Positions 24,115-35,767 of a DNA stretch of 64,000 bases are shown in pieces. Both the position numbers and the translations under genes were made by a program. Location of the stretch: assembly GCA_963516485.1 (NCBI GenBank), contig CAUQBS010000004.1, positions 869-64,868 of the forward strand, in the 5' to 3' direction. Below the pieces are notes generated by a model. It was not told where the DNA came from, ran no database searches, and saw nothing but the letters and a program-made list of their open reading frames with translations. The DNA is from an uncultured bacterium. Lineage in GTDB: Bacteria; Patescibacteriota; Gracilibacteria; Absconditabacterales; Absconditicoccaceae. The first letter of the stretch is position 1. Every line of letters begins with the position of its first letter.

Positions 24115-25665
24115 ATGACAACGCATATCAAAACATTCACTACCATTGGACTTTTGGGCTATGAGATTCTTGTAGAGGCTGATAGTAATAGGGCTTTGCC
24201 AAATATTGAGATTATTGGGCTACCCGATGCGAGTATTAAGGAAGCTAAAGAGAGGATTAGAGGATGTTTTAGAAATGTTGGGATAGATCTTCCAAAGAGG
24301 AAATTTGTGCTGAATCTTTCCCCTAGTCATCTCAAAAAAGTCTGAACAAGTTTTGATCTCCCAATGGCGGTTGCCTTGCTCGGATTGATCTATGATGGAA
24401 AGCTCAATCATTATGAGAGGATGAGTGAGTTTCTCTTTTTTTGAGAGCTTGGATTAGATGGAAGGATCAAGAGAGTAAATGGGCTCCTGCCTAGTGTAAT
24501 CTCTGCAAAACAGCAAGGCTATCAAACTTTTTTTGTGCCGAGAGAAAATCTTTATGAACTAGAGTATATTTCAGATATTACGATTATTCCGCTTTCGCAT
24601 TTTTCTGAGCTCTTAAATTTTTTCCTCAAAGGAGAAAAACTTGCCTATGCTCGCAATACCAAAGCACTCGGAGAATTAAAAGATGAAAATACTGATGATA
24701 GCTATGATTTTAAGTATATCAAAGGTCATCTTTTTGCAAAAAGAGCCCTGAGTATTGCGGCGGCTGGACTGCACAATGTGCTGATGGTTTGAGCTCCCGG
24801 TAGCGGAAAAACCATGCTGAGCAAAGCTTTGACAACCATTTTGCCTCCCTTATCATCAGATGAAATCCTCGAGGTGAGTCAGATTTATTCTGTAGTCTGA
24901 AAGCTCAGTAAGGATCAGCCACTGATTGTTAAAAGGCCTTTTAGACAGGTCCATCATACTGCTTCCAAGGTTGCAATTATCTGATGAGGGAGTAATCTTA
25001 CCCCAGGAGAAGTATCTCTAGCTCACAAATGAGTTCTCTTTTTTGATGAATTAACCGAGTTTCCAAGAGAGGTTCTAGAAGTTCTCAGACAGCCACTGGA
25101 AGATAGAGTAATCAATATCTCTAGAGCTCATGGTAGCGTGAAATATCCAGCAAATCTGATGTTTGTAGCTTCAATGAACCCTTGTAAATGTTGATATTAT
25201 AAAGATCCAGAAAGACAATGTACTTGCGGAATTTGAGAAGTAAAAAGGTATCAGAGTAAGATTTCAGGTCCCCTTTTGGATAGAATTGATATGATCCTTG
25301 AAATTCCTAGAGAAAATATTTCTACTATTCTTGAAAAAACTCAAAATCAATCTTCAGTAGATTTGCTCAAGGATATTCAAACAGCTCGAGCCTTTCAGCA
25401 GGAGCGTTTTAAGGGAACTGCCATTCAAAATAATGCCTCTATGCAGGCAAAGGATATCGAGCAGTTTATCAAACTTGATAGCGCGAGTAAGGATTTTCTT
25501 GCTCAAGCGACTGAGAAGTTTACCCTTTCAGGGAGAGTAGTGCATAGGCTTCTCAAACTTGCGAGGACAATCGCAGATATGCAGGCTAGAGAACACCTTA
25601 CGCTCTCAGATGTGATGGAAGCACTCCACTACCGCAGTAGGACAATGTTCGTTGAAACGAGTTAA
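24115..25665 (+). CDS. comM: YifB/ComM family Mg-chelatase-like ATPase
   Basis: MV[TGA]APGSGKTM (Walker A), AII[TGA][TGA][13 protein letters not shown] (the conserved GGG...PGE motif), [17 protein letters not shown]. Confidence 0.9.
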
Positions 25666-25753
25666 TACAAGAGAAATCAGATTTTTTCTTCTCATATTTT
25701 ATAAAACGCAAAAGCTCAACAGGGACTCCTATTGAGCTTTTTTGAGAAACAAG

Positions 25754-26251
25754 CTAATCAGGATAGTATTCCTGATACTGATTTGGAAGGTGCTCTTTGA
25801 GTTCCTCTTTTGAGAACCAGACCTTGATTTCCTCTTTTGCTTCCTCAAGGGTCGCAGAAGAGTGGACAACATTGCGGATCGGACCCTTTGGATCTATTTC
25901 TCCAAAGTCTGCACGAATCGTTCCTTTCTTCGCTTCCCAAGGCTTGGTTTCACCGTTGAGTTCTCGTACCTTTTTGACGGCATCCTCACCAACGATAATC
26001 GCCTTTAAGATAGGACCTGACATCATATATTTCACTGTCTCGTTAAAGATTTCCTCTCCTTTACGAGTGAGCAGTTGTCCGATCTCTTCATAGTGCTTAT
26101 AGAGCTGATCTCCAGTTGCAGTAATTTCATCACTGCAATTGATAACTTGAAGAAATGCTCTACGATAGCGAGCAAAGACGTCTTTGTGAACTCCCTTTGC
26201 AACTCCGTCAGGTTTAATCAGCACAAGTGTGCATTCAATGTTCTTTTTCAT
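25754..26251 (-). CDS. ndk: nucleoside diphosphate kinase (divergent)
   Basis: ECTLVLIKPDGV, SGPILKAIIVGEDAV, GTIRADFG, NVVHSS. No TGA codon. Confidence 0.75.
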   Translation of the reverse strand: MKKNIECTLVLIKPDGVAKGVHKDVFARYRRAFLQVINCSDEITATGDQLYKHYEEIGQLLTRKGEEIFNETVKYMMSGPILKAIIVGEDAVKKVRELNGETKPWEAKKGTIRADFGEIDPKGPIRNVVHSSATLEEAKEEIKVWFSKEELKEHLPNQYQEYYPD

Positions 26252-26611
26252 GCGTTTTACTTTTTGTATTTGTGAAGATATATACTATACATTTCTTGTT
26301 TAATGTCAAGTGAATATAAGAAGCTATGTCTGGAGAACATACTATGAAATAAAAAGTAAAAGTCTGATTTCTTTTTGAAGTCACTGATTGCTAGCAAAGT
26401 TGAACGTTTTGAGTCAAAGTTTTCCGAGTCAGAGCTTGGAGAACACTAAAAGACTAGTTTGCTTCTCTAGAATTCTTTCAATTAAATTACAACAAAAAAT
26501 CATCTCCCTCACTTGTCAAGGACAACAAGAAATCTGATATCAGATTTTTTTGTTTTTTCTTATTTTTCAACTATACTTAAGCTAAGAAATTTACTCTTAA
26601 ATAACTAGCTC

Positions 26612-27289
26612 ATGCAAATAGCAGATAAAACTAATATTCCACTCATTAATATCAAAGATCTTACTTGGGGATATCCTGAGAGCAAAAGACAGCTTTTCAA
26701 AAAGTTCAATCTTCAGCTTCAAAAGGGGGATTTTCTCGTTATTACAGGGAAGTCTGGAAGTGGAAAATCAACATTAGTAAAGTTTTTGATTGGACAGCTT
26801 AGACCTCATAAAAATACTGTTTTTTACAAAATGGAAGATCTTGCAATACTTGGTGAGAGTGAGATTCAGAGATATAGAAGAAAAATCTGAATTATTTTTC
26901 AAGATTATCAGTTGATTCAGAGTCTCTCTCCTCAGGAAAATATTATTTACCCATTGCTCCTTCAGGAAGCTCCACTTGCAGTGATCAAGAAAAAGTATGA
27001 AGCGGTAAAAGATCTCCTTGATCTCTCAAGTATTGAAATTAAAGATATCAAAAAACTCAGCTGAGGAGAAAAACAAAAGGTCGCAATGGCAAGAGCGATT
27101 ATCCATTCACCAGACTTTATCATTGCTGATGAACCTACAGGAAATCTTGATCCAGAGAGTACATTTCAGATGGCTGATATTCTTATCAAGGCTAATCAAA
27201 TTGGAAATACTATTGTTTTGGTTACTCATGATGAGGCATTATTGCAGTACCTCAAGCTTAATACTCAGCTTAAAATGCTCTCACTCTAG
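26612..27289 (+). CDS. ftsE: ABC transporter ATP-binding protein, FtsE-like
   Basis: GKSGSGKSTL (Walker A), LS[TGA]GEKQKVAMARA (signature), IIADEPTGNLD (Walker B), VTHD. No FtsX-like permease follows. Confidence 0.65.
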
Positions 27290-27338
27290 AGCAAAAACAA
27301 ATTTCTCAATTTTTACCTAGACATTAGCAAAGATACCA

Positions 27339-27803
27339 ATGACCAAAACAGAGGAATTGCTCGAGAGCCTAACGCAAGAGATCAACGAGCTTTCGATCGC
27401 CTGATATATCAAGGAAGAAGCTATCTCTTCTCTAAAATATCTTCATCGATACAAACTAAAAAATATAGAAAAAAATCTGAATTCTTTTCGCGAGTACCTT
27501 GTTTTTCTCAATACCCAAAATACTGAAAAAATCAATAAACTCTGTCCGCTAGAAGACAAAAAATCTGCAAAAGATCTCCTTTCAGATTTATATTATTTTT
27601 TCTCACCTCAGAAGAAACTCACTAAACAAGCTGAAAAATCCACTCTTCAAAAAATCAGCAATCATAAGTATGAATTGCTGACTTTAGTGCAGGGGATAAA
27701 GGGTATTCTCGTGCTGAGTATTGATGAGTTTTGTAATGCTTCAGCGACGAGAATGAGCATTCATCAGATGCTTATGAAAACGACATGATGAACTTGCCTT
27801 TAG
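27339..27803 (+). CDS. hypothetical helical protein
   Basis: 154 aa, 3 in-frame TGA. Converges on the L,D-transpeptidase gene and overlaps it by 4 nt. Confidence 0.4.
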
Positions 27804-28672
27804 TTATAGAGTTTATCAAGGATAATGCGGGTAGACTGAACCTCTCAGGTTTCGTCTGCTTTTTTTGATCTTGGAAGATGCTCATAGAGCCATTTTTGAT
27901 AAAGTCCAGGAACTCTGATACAACCATGCGATCTAGGTTTTCCATCACTTCGTCCTTGGTGGAGAAAGAAACCTCAGGTGATATGTAGAGCATAGGGCAT
28001 TGGTGCATTATCATATTTTCTCGATCTGCGGAAAATCATATCATGCTGAAGATCAAAAGCTCCGCTTACAGTTTTACGGTAAGGGAGTCCAATAGATACA
28101 TAAGTTGCAAGTTTGAGCACTCAATCCTCATAGTAGGCAAGCGCATGTTTTCAGTCCTCAACTTTTGTGACCACTAGCATATGATCAGCATTCTCATCTT
28201 TATATTTCAAAAAATCCTCATTTTCAAGAAACTCTTTCCACTGAGCTGGAAAGACCTCTTTTAAGTCTGGATAAATCAATGGGAAACTGAGCGTTTCCAG
28301 ATCATCATATTTTTGTATTGCCTGAAATTGCATTGGACTTGGATAGTTATTTCGCTCTCTCATAATTTTCTCAGCCTGTCCATATCCGAGCACATTTCCA
28401 AGATTTGATCCAATCATTTTCCCTCTTCCTTTTACCGCAAAAGGTGTATTTTGAAACTTTGTAATCGAATCCGTATGAATGAGCACCTCATCAGCTATTC
28501 CTTCTTTGCCTTTAGCTGTTGATTCAGCTGTAGGATCAACTTGTTCAGGAGTATTTAAAGTATCAAAGAGCCTGGCTCTTTGCTCTTCAAGATATCAAGA
28601 ATGCTCATCTGGACCACTGGAAACAGAGATCCCTAGCGCTCAAATCAAAAGTCCTGTTTGTAATTTATTCAT
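27800..28672 (-). CDS. L,D-transpeptidase (YkuD domain) with signal peptide
   Basis: Re-translation gives ...PMPYALHIT[TGA]GFFLHQGRSDGKPRSHGCIRVPGL, which contains the YkuD catalytic SHGC motif. Track ORF 27772-28014 is in the wrong frame. N-terminus MNKLQTGLLI[TGA]ALGISVSS. Confidence 0.75.
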
Positions 28673-28817
28673 ATTCCAAAAGATCTGAAAGATAAATAGC
28701 AAAATATTTTGAATCAATACTATAAGTATTAAACGATGAATGTCAATAGAAAAGACGGGAAAATAAAAAACAACCAGTTTTTTGTTTGCTGATTGTTTTT
28801 CTGTCTAGTAGTGCTTA

Positions 28818-29369
28818 TTAGCTTTGAAAATAGAGTTCTGCATATGGAATAAACACTAACGCAATTCTAATAAAAATCGCCAATATTACCAAGAAGCTCA
28901 AGATATTCAGCTTTCATTTTTTATAATTAATTGCTTGAGAGCCTAGGAATAAGACTACGAGAACTCCTAATCCAAGCGCTGCTGCTTGGCTAACTGCAAA
29001 TTGTAGGTGATAACTATACTGGAGAATATCATTTCACAGTCTTTCAGCATCTCAGGTTGAAAGTGTTTTTCCAACCGCTGACAAAAGGCTGAGAAGATAT
29101 TCAGTATTCGCTCTAAAAGCACCCTGCACAATATGAAATACAGCAAAGTATCCAAGTGCTAGCCCAACAGAGATAATATTCCATTTGGAAAGGAGTTTTA
29201 GAAGTGATTCAGTCATCCATTTTCCCTGTTCTGGGAAAATAAAATCATGTGTCTCTGCTGTTTTTGCCTTTGCTGGGGGTACCTCTTTTACTTTCTTTAC
29301 CGATTTAGAAAGCTGTGATGGTCGCTGGCTTTTTTTTGTTTTTACTTCAGATTTTGTTGCTACTTTCAT
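28818..29369 (-). CDS. hypothetical membrane protein with Lys-rich N-terminus
   Basis: Track ORF 29052-29369 extends through 3 TGA to a TAA at 28818. Three hydrophobic segments. Confidence 0.5.
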
Positions 29370-29514
29370 ACTAGTCTCCTATTGAAAACTAAAAAGATAC
29401 CTAAGTATACCTTCTTTCTCACCCAAAAGCAAAAAAATCTGAAATTTCCCCTTATTTTCTCTTTACATTTTGATTATTCTATTTTATGTATAATCTTCTT
29501 AGTTTTGCAATTTT

Positions 29515-32500
29515 CTATTTTCAAAAATGTTCCCTTAGCATCTGAAGTCCATAATCATTGACTAGTCTCTCCTTCCCCATGATCATTACAAGAATATCCC
29601 CTGGCTGATTTTTTAGAATATCAGCCAAAAGCTGGATGCTTTCGAGATTATCTGGTAAATTCGAGATACAGAATGGTTCTTGATCAGGTGTTGTAGGTCA
29701 AAGAGGCTCAGAATTCTGATCTTCATCATTTTCCTCACCTATTTCAAGCATTTCATCGTCTTCTTGATCAAGTTGTTCTAGGTTTTCCTCTTCCTCAGTC
29801 TCATTATCAGCAAAAATTTCCCCTGGATTCATCTCTTCTGAGCTAAATTCCTCCTCAATTCTCTCCTCGTCATCTTCATGAGAATGTCTGCTCGGTTTTT
29901 GCTCCTGGATTGCACTATCAGCACTCTCTGACTTGATTTTCTCAATCTGTTTGCTCTTTTCTTCACCGTATCTCTCTTTTTTCGCTCTTACAACGGTCCA
30001 TTCAGGATCGTATCTGCTTCCTGCGAGTTTGATTAGCGTCTCATAGTCAGTTTTAATAATCTTATCCAGATATACTCTACCATTACTCTTGCTTCCATAA
30101 ATGATCACAAGGTCAAATTTCTTGAAATCTAGAGCATCTCTAGTAAAAAACTCCCAATCTCCAGAAATATCCTCAATCTTAATGAAAAATCATTTCTTCT
30201 TTGCTCTTTGAATTTCTTTGATATATCCGTGAATGATAAATTTTGGATAATCGTTTTTTTCTAAGACTTGATTGAGGAAAGATCCTTTCTTGATATATTG
30301 GTAGAGTCCATCCAGTGGATTTCCAGAGATAAATGCCTTAAAGGTTTCCTGTTCCATCATGAGCCTCTCCAAGAGGTTAGAAGGCTGAGCTGGTCTCATT
30401 TGGATTTTTGTATCGACCTGAAGCCCACCAAAGAGTCCAAAATCCGCTGTTGCAATATTCTTTGTCCAGTCAATTAAATTCTGAACATTTTCTAGTAATA
30501 CATTTCTATCTCCAAAGGCATCTAAGGCACCAGCCTTGATCAGGTTTTCTAGAGATTTTTTATTGATAATACTTGCGCATCTCTTCAGAAAGTCTTCTAG
30601 AGAAGTAAATTTCCCACCTTTTTGTCTTTCTTGCTGAATAGTTTCTCACACATCTTCACCAATCCCTTTTGTAGAAAAAAATCAAAGTCTGATGACATCT
30701 CAGATCGCAGCTACATGATTGAATGATTCATTGACATCAGGTCCGAGTACAGAGATTCCCTTGTTCTGAATTTCTGAGATATAAAAGCTCTGAGTATCCG
30801 TGTCTTCCTCAACTGAGCGAATCAATGCCGCAGAAAATTCAAGTGGAAAATGTGCCTTGAGATACGCAGTCTGATAGGCAATCATCGCATAACATACCGA
30901 GTGCGACTTATTAAACGAATAAGAAGCCGCAGGCTCAATCATCTTCTCATAGATATTAGTTGTTGTCTCAGGTTTATATTGTTTATAGGTCTCTCCTCTT
31001 GTTACAAATTCTTTTTTGAGTTTTTCGATTACCTCTTTTTTCTTCTTACCAACTCATCTTCTGAGCATATCTGCCTCACCTAGTGAAAACCCTGCCATTG
31101 CCTGTACCAAAAACATCAACTGCTCCTGATATACCGCAATTCCATAGGTCAAACTCATAATAGGAGAGAGATCTTCAATCAGTTTTCTATTTTCTTCTTC
31201 TGCAACTTCAGCTCCATACTTTTTTGTGAGTTCAGTTCTTAGTTCTGCACTCATATAGGAAATTTCCTCCCTACCATGCTTTCTCTCAATATATCTTGGG
31301 ATAAACTCCATTGGACCTGGACGATAAAGCGCATTCATAGCCACGAGATCATTGATTGAGTTTGGCTCAAGCTGGATCAAAAACTTTCTCATTCCTTGAG
31401 ATTCAAACTGGAAAATTCAGGTCGTATCTCACTCCTTAAATACACTCTCATAGGTGAAAGTATCGTTGATATCTGGCTGAAACGAGGTAGTTTCCAAGAA
31501 ATGTTCAAAAATCGGATCTAGAGTTTTGTTTTCTTGTTCGTGTCTGGCTTTTATGATTTTGATACAAGTTTTGATGATTGAGAGGTTTCTAAGTCAGAGA
31601 AAATCCATCTTCAAAAGTCAGATTTGTTCTAGTGTTGGTCCATCATATTGACTCACAATAGTGTGATCATTTTCCTTGACATATTGAGCTGCAGTATAGG
31701 TAGAAACAGGCTCTGGAGCGATGATGATTCCACAGGCATGAACTCCAAGCTGTCTGAGGTTCCCCTCAATCCCACAGGCAAGGTCAAAGGCCTTCTTCAC
31801 ATTATCTTCAGTATTATAGATATTTTGCACTTCTTCAAACTCTGGCAAGGGATCATTAATCAGGCTTCTGAGCCCAACTTTATCAGGGATCATATTAGAA
31901 ATCTGATTAGCCCTCTCAAAAGGTACTCCAACCGCTCTAGCAGAATCCTTGAATGCCGCTTTTGTTGCAATCTTCATAAAGGTCCCAATCGAGCAAACCT
32001 TTTCCTGTCCATATTTTTGTGAACAATAGTCAATTACTCTCTGTCTCTGCGTATCCTCAAAGTCGATATCAAAGTCGGGCATTGATATTCTCGCTGGATT
32101 CAAAAATCTCTCAAAAAGGAGATCAAATGGAAGCGGATCAATATCTGTAATTTCAATCGCTCGAGCAAGGAGAGACCCGGCACCAGAACCTCTTCCTGGA
32201 CCTACTACGATCATTTGTTTTTTTGCTCGCCTCACATAGTCTGATACGATCAAAAAGTAGGAATTAAATCCCATTTCTTTGATCACTTTAAGTTCGTATT
32301 CAAGTCTATCAATATACTCAGCTAGACTATACTTAGAGGTTGCAAGGGGGTAAAAATCTGTATATTTTGCGATAAATTCTTTTTTGAACTGTGTATAGCT
32401 CTCATGCGTAAATCTTTTTAGGTCCTCAGGGGAAGTCTCCGGTACTGACTTTTCAAGGACTCCTTTATTTGATATTTGGCTGAGTGCTATGAGCGTATCA

Positions 32501-32586
32501 TTATCCCAATCTAGTCTAAACCTCGTCTTAAGCCCTCTATATGATAGAAAGCGAAGTTCAAACTCATATTTATTCATAGTAGGCAT
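29515..32586 (-). CDS. dnaE: DNA polymerase III alpha subunit lacking the N-terminal PHP domain; acidic low-complexity C-terminal insert
   Basis: 1023 aa. Motifs MGFNSYFLIVSDYV, VGPGRGSGAGSLLA, LLFERFLNPARISMPDFDIDF, FQFESQGMRKF, ALYRPGPM, GEADMLRR, SYSFNKSHSVCYA. The first residues align to about residue 285 of E. coli DnaE, and no HxH/PHP motifs are present. Confidence 0.9.
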
Positions 32587-32671
32587 TGCAGATAGTCTTG
32601 ATTGAGAATAAAGTCAAATAGTCAGTTTTGAGTGTAGTGTTTTCTTCTCCAAAATCAATTTGAAAACAACC

Positions 32672-32702
32672 AAAAAACTGACTCCTAATATAGAAGTCAG
32701 CT
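32672..32702 (-). terminator. intrinsic terminator between the lipoprotein gene and dnaE
   Basis: Minus sense: CTGACT-loop-AGTCAG followed by TTTTTT. Confidence 0.5.
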
Positions 32703-32722
32703 TTCTCTGCCAAGTATTACGA

Positions 32723-33109
32723 CTAAAACGTCATTCTCCTCCATTTCCCATTGATACGAACTTCTCCATGGAGATAGCGAACGCTTGCTCGTTGATATTC
32801 TCCAACTTGCAAGGGGACAGTATATATGCCCTCTAGCTTCCTATCTTCATTTGCCCAGATAAAATCTGACTCTTTAAGATTTAAGGTATAGGTTTTATCT
32901 CGGGTAGATATGGTCCACTCACTTTCAAATCTTACGAGCTCAATGAGCTCAGATGAGTGAGCGAATGTGATCATCAATGAGGATTGCTTTGTGATTTGGC
33001 TCGTGAAGATCCCAGTTTTCCAAGAAATAGGTTCTTGATAGCTATCTTCACTCTTTGAACATGCAAATAAAAGCATGCTCAAAACTACGAATACTACGAT
33101 TTTTTTCAT
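32723..33109 (-). CDS. small lipoprotein, hypothetical
   Basis: MKKIVVFVVLSMLLFACS is a lipobox. Intact ORF. Confidence 0.6.
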   Translation of the reverse strand: MKKIVVFVVLSMLLFACSKSEDSYQEPISWKTGIFTSQITKQSSLMITFAHSSELIELVRFESEWTISTRDKTYTLNLKESDFIWANEDRKLEGIYTVPLQVGEYQRASVRYLHGEVRINGKWRRMTF

Positions 33110-33299
33110 TTTCTAAATGTTTTTTTATGTTTGATACTCTCACTATAATGATTCCCTCCCTAAAATCAATTCAAAATATTGACAAAATAAATAAATATAA
33201 AAAAATATATAAAAAACTTGTAAAAAATAAAGAAGATGATTAATAAAAATATAGTTTAAAACTAGTATTTTAATGATTCTCAAAAATCTTTTCAAAAAA

Positions 33300-33327
33300 T
33301 TGACATTTTTAAAAAAAGATATATAAT
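33300..33327 (+). promoter_or_regulatory. sigma70-like promoter (TTGACA-16-TATAAT)
   Basis: TTGACA at 33300-33305 and TATAAT at 33322-33327, in a roughly 430-nt AT-rich spacer. It would give a leader of about 210 nt for the SLH-protein gene. Confidence 0.5.
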
Positions 33328-33541
33328 ATTGTTGTCGCAAGAATGATAGTAATCTTGTGATAGGAAAAATCCACTTCCTTTGGAGAATAAAGTTTTAGAT
33401 AGTACCTTTGAAATAAGCCATAAAAATCAGATTTTTTCTGATGAGTTTTTCAGAGTGTGAACAGTATTCTTCACAAATTGTCTTTGTAAACGAATAAAAA
33501 GGTTCTACACACAAGCCGTTTTATTCATAAAAAAAGACAAG

Positions 33542-34972
33542 ATGAAACAACCTTCAAGAACTCATTTTGGAGGGATGTGGAAAGTTTTAGCAGTGATTGT
33601 GATCTTTTGATACACTGTTTCTAGTGTGCTTGCCTCAAATATTACAAGTATCAAGAATACAGAATCAAACGCAATTACTCCAGCTTCTAGCCTCCAAAAG
33701 GAAATTGAGACTGATGTTGCCTTGAGTGCTAAAAAGGTATGGAACAACTTGGTAAATTTTATGCAAGATGGTATGGATGGTGCTTCAACTGGGACCGAAA
33801 AATCTCAGAAAGAAAAACCTGATTCAGCTTCTGATATAAAATATCCAATCGTTCGTAGCGTTTTACCTCAGACAGAATCAGCGCTCTTGCCTGCTTTTTG
33901 AGATATCAGTACTGATCCTCATAAAGCAAGTATTGAAGCTCTCGCTAGTATTTGAGTTATTCAATGATGAGCAAGTGGAAAATATTATCCACATAACTTT
34001 GTTCGTACCAGTGACTTTATCAGAGTTGTACTAGATATTTATAGATACAAACTTGGATATTCACTAGAATCAACTAACGGTCTTTCTGATCAGAGTTTTT
34101 TCAAGCAAGGTTATGGAAATGCACTTCTTCTCAAAAAACTCAATACCGCAAAAGCTTTATGATTTCTTGATCATCTAGGGACAATTGAGCTTGATGCTCT
34201 AATTACTCCTGTTCAAGCGATGCAGATCCTTAACACTATTTTAGATCTCAATCCATATATCGGTCAAAAAGAGAAGGTAAATCTGATTTCTTCTTCTGAT
34301 ACTCAGTTTACTAAATCACAGATGGCCTGATATTTGGCAGATATTTTCCAGTTGGAAAAAAGTATCATATCACCGGTATTTAATGATATTAGTAATCATA
34401 GATATCATGCGGCAATTACCAAATTAGCACAGCTCGGGGTAGTAGCTGGTAAGAATGGTAATTTCTATCCAGATAATGATGTCCTTCGTGCGGACTGAAT
34501 AGTTATGCTCGCCAATAGTTTACTGGCTCAGCAGTGAAAAGCACTTGTTATTACTAATTTTACTCATTTACCAAAAATCAATGATACAACCTATTTTGCA
34601 GCCTTTGCTCCCCATTTGGAATATTTGCTTACAAATGAGATATGAGATTTTCTACTTCGTAATGAACAGTCAGGATATCTGTTTTTACCTCATGCTCAGC
34701 TTACTAAGTGAGAGGCTTATCAGCTTGTTTCCCAAGCTACTAGAGCTAAGTTGCTCAACATGGATCAGTGAGAGACCTCCAAACCGATCACGAGAGGAGA
34801 GCTAGCGGATCTAATCGTTCAGGCTTTTGATTTTGCTCCTAAAGAGTCTACAACTTCAGCCTATCAACCTACTTCTGAACCTCAAAGTGCTAATACTAAA
34901 AACCAAGCACTCAGAGAGGAGAAGAAATGATTTCTCGCTACTTTACTCAAAGATATGATGGATACACTCTAG
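33542..34972 (+). CDS. secreted protein with S-layer-homology (SLH)-like repeats
   Basis: Signal anchor MWKVLAVIVIF. Three repeats of the pattern F.DI..H...A I..L...GV..G......P....R.. (for example FNDISNHRYHAAITKLAQLGVVAGKNGNFYPDNDVLRAD). About 16 in-frame TGA. Confidence 0.55.
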
Positions 34973-35082
34973 TTGATACCAGTACTTGGAAAAAATAAAC
35001 AAGGTTAAACCTCACAAAAAAATCAGACTTTTTTGATCTTTTGCTTAGTATTTAAGCATTTTATACTTAATCATATAATACC

Positions 35083-35373
35083 ATGAAAAAAACAGACACA
35101 ATTAGATATAATAGTTATGAAAAGGATATTGTTCAAGGACTTGAACCAAATGAAGCTTTATACCTTCAGAAGCAGTCTGCGAGAATGAGAAAAAATACGC
35201 AGCAAGCAGATATTTTGAGATCTCAGGAAGCTGAAATCAATGAATATATTTCTCATACTTCAAATGCGCTTTCTAGCACATTGAATCTTAGCGATAGCTT
35301 CTCTTCTCAGATGAGAAATCAGGTTTTGAACACCAAACATGACTTGCATCATCTCTTTTCTCTTGAACATTAA
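35083..35373 (+). CDS. small hypothetical protein
   Basis: Intact 96-aa ORF followed by a strong terminator. Confidence 0.45.
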   Translation: MKKTDTIRYNSYEKDIVQGLEPNEALYLQKQSARMRKNTQQADILRSQEAEINEYISHTSNALSSTLNLSDSFSSQMRNQVLNTKHDLHHLFSLEH

Positions 35374-35398
35374 AAGTTCTAGATGACAAGCGAGAAAT

Positions 35399-35424
35399 CT
35401 CCACATTTTTGTGGAGGTTTTTTT
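35399..35424 (+). terminator. intrinsic terminator
   Basis: CTCCAC-ATTTTT-GTGGAG followed by a T run. Confidence 0.7.
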
Positions 35425-35767
35425 GTTATCAAAAGGTGAAAAATCTGATGAGAAATCGCTGTTAGTATATGAGTAATCCTTTGGTTTTGAACGAAACAAA
35501 GCCTCCTTATACCATCTCTCCAATCTCACAAAAAAGGTGAAAATAGAGGTTAAGATTAGTTTTTCTAGTTGTTGTTCTTGGAGTGGGTTTTTGAGGTGAA
35601 TTCCCTTTCTTCTTAGAATAAAACACAAGTCAGTCAAATTTTCTTTAGAATTTGAGCAATGAGTGCTAGGGAGGCTTAAATAGTTCGGAATTTCTTCTTG
35701 ATAATAGAAACAATATCGGTAGATTTACCATGATCAATAAGTATGTCGTAAGTCTACCGTCACATAG

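Noticed and set aside
23771-24146. Three overlapping ORFs (23771-24037, 23784-24146, 23805-24089) around the His-rich gene.
   Set aside because: They are alternative-frame or antisense readings of the repetitive CAC/CAT/GGC tract. The 23663-24013 frame has a normal N-terminal domain and a clean start and stop.
26252-26611. 360-nt spacer between ndk and the ftsE-like gene, considered as a possible SRP RNA, 6S RNA or small ORF (a 56-aa minus-strand ORF with an adjacent GAGGGAG).
   Set aside because: No conserved SRP or 6S motifs were recognised. The Shine-Dalgarno spacing for the small ORF is too short. There is not enough evidence to call a feature.
27772-28014. Track ORF MIMHQCPMLYISPEVSF... 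taken as the C-terminus of the 28151-28486 protein.
   Set aside because: It is in a different frame. The correct continuation (through TGA) yields the YkuD motif SHGCIRV and ends at 27800.
35260-35637. 125-aa minus-strand ORF overlapping the 35083-35373 gene and its terminator.
   Set aside because: It overlaps a better-supported plus-strand ORF and runs through a strong terminator hairpin. It has no recognisable motif and is probably spurious.
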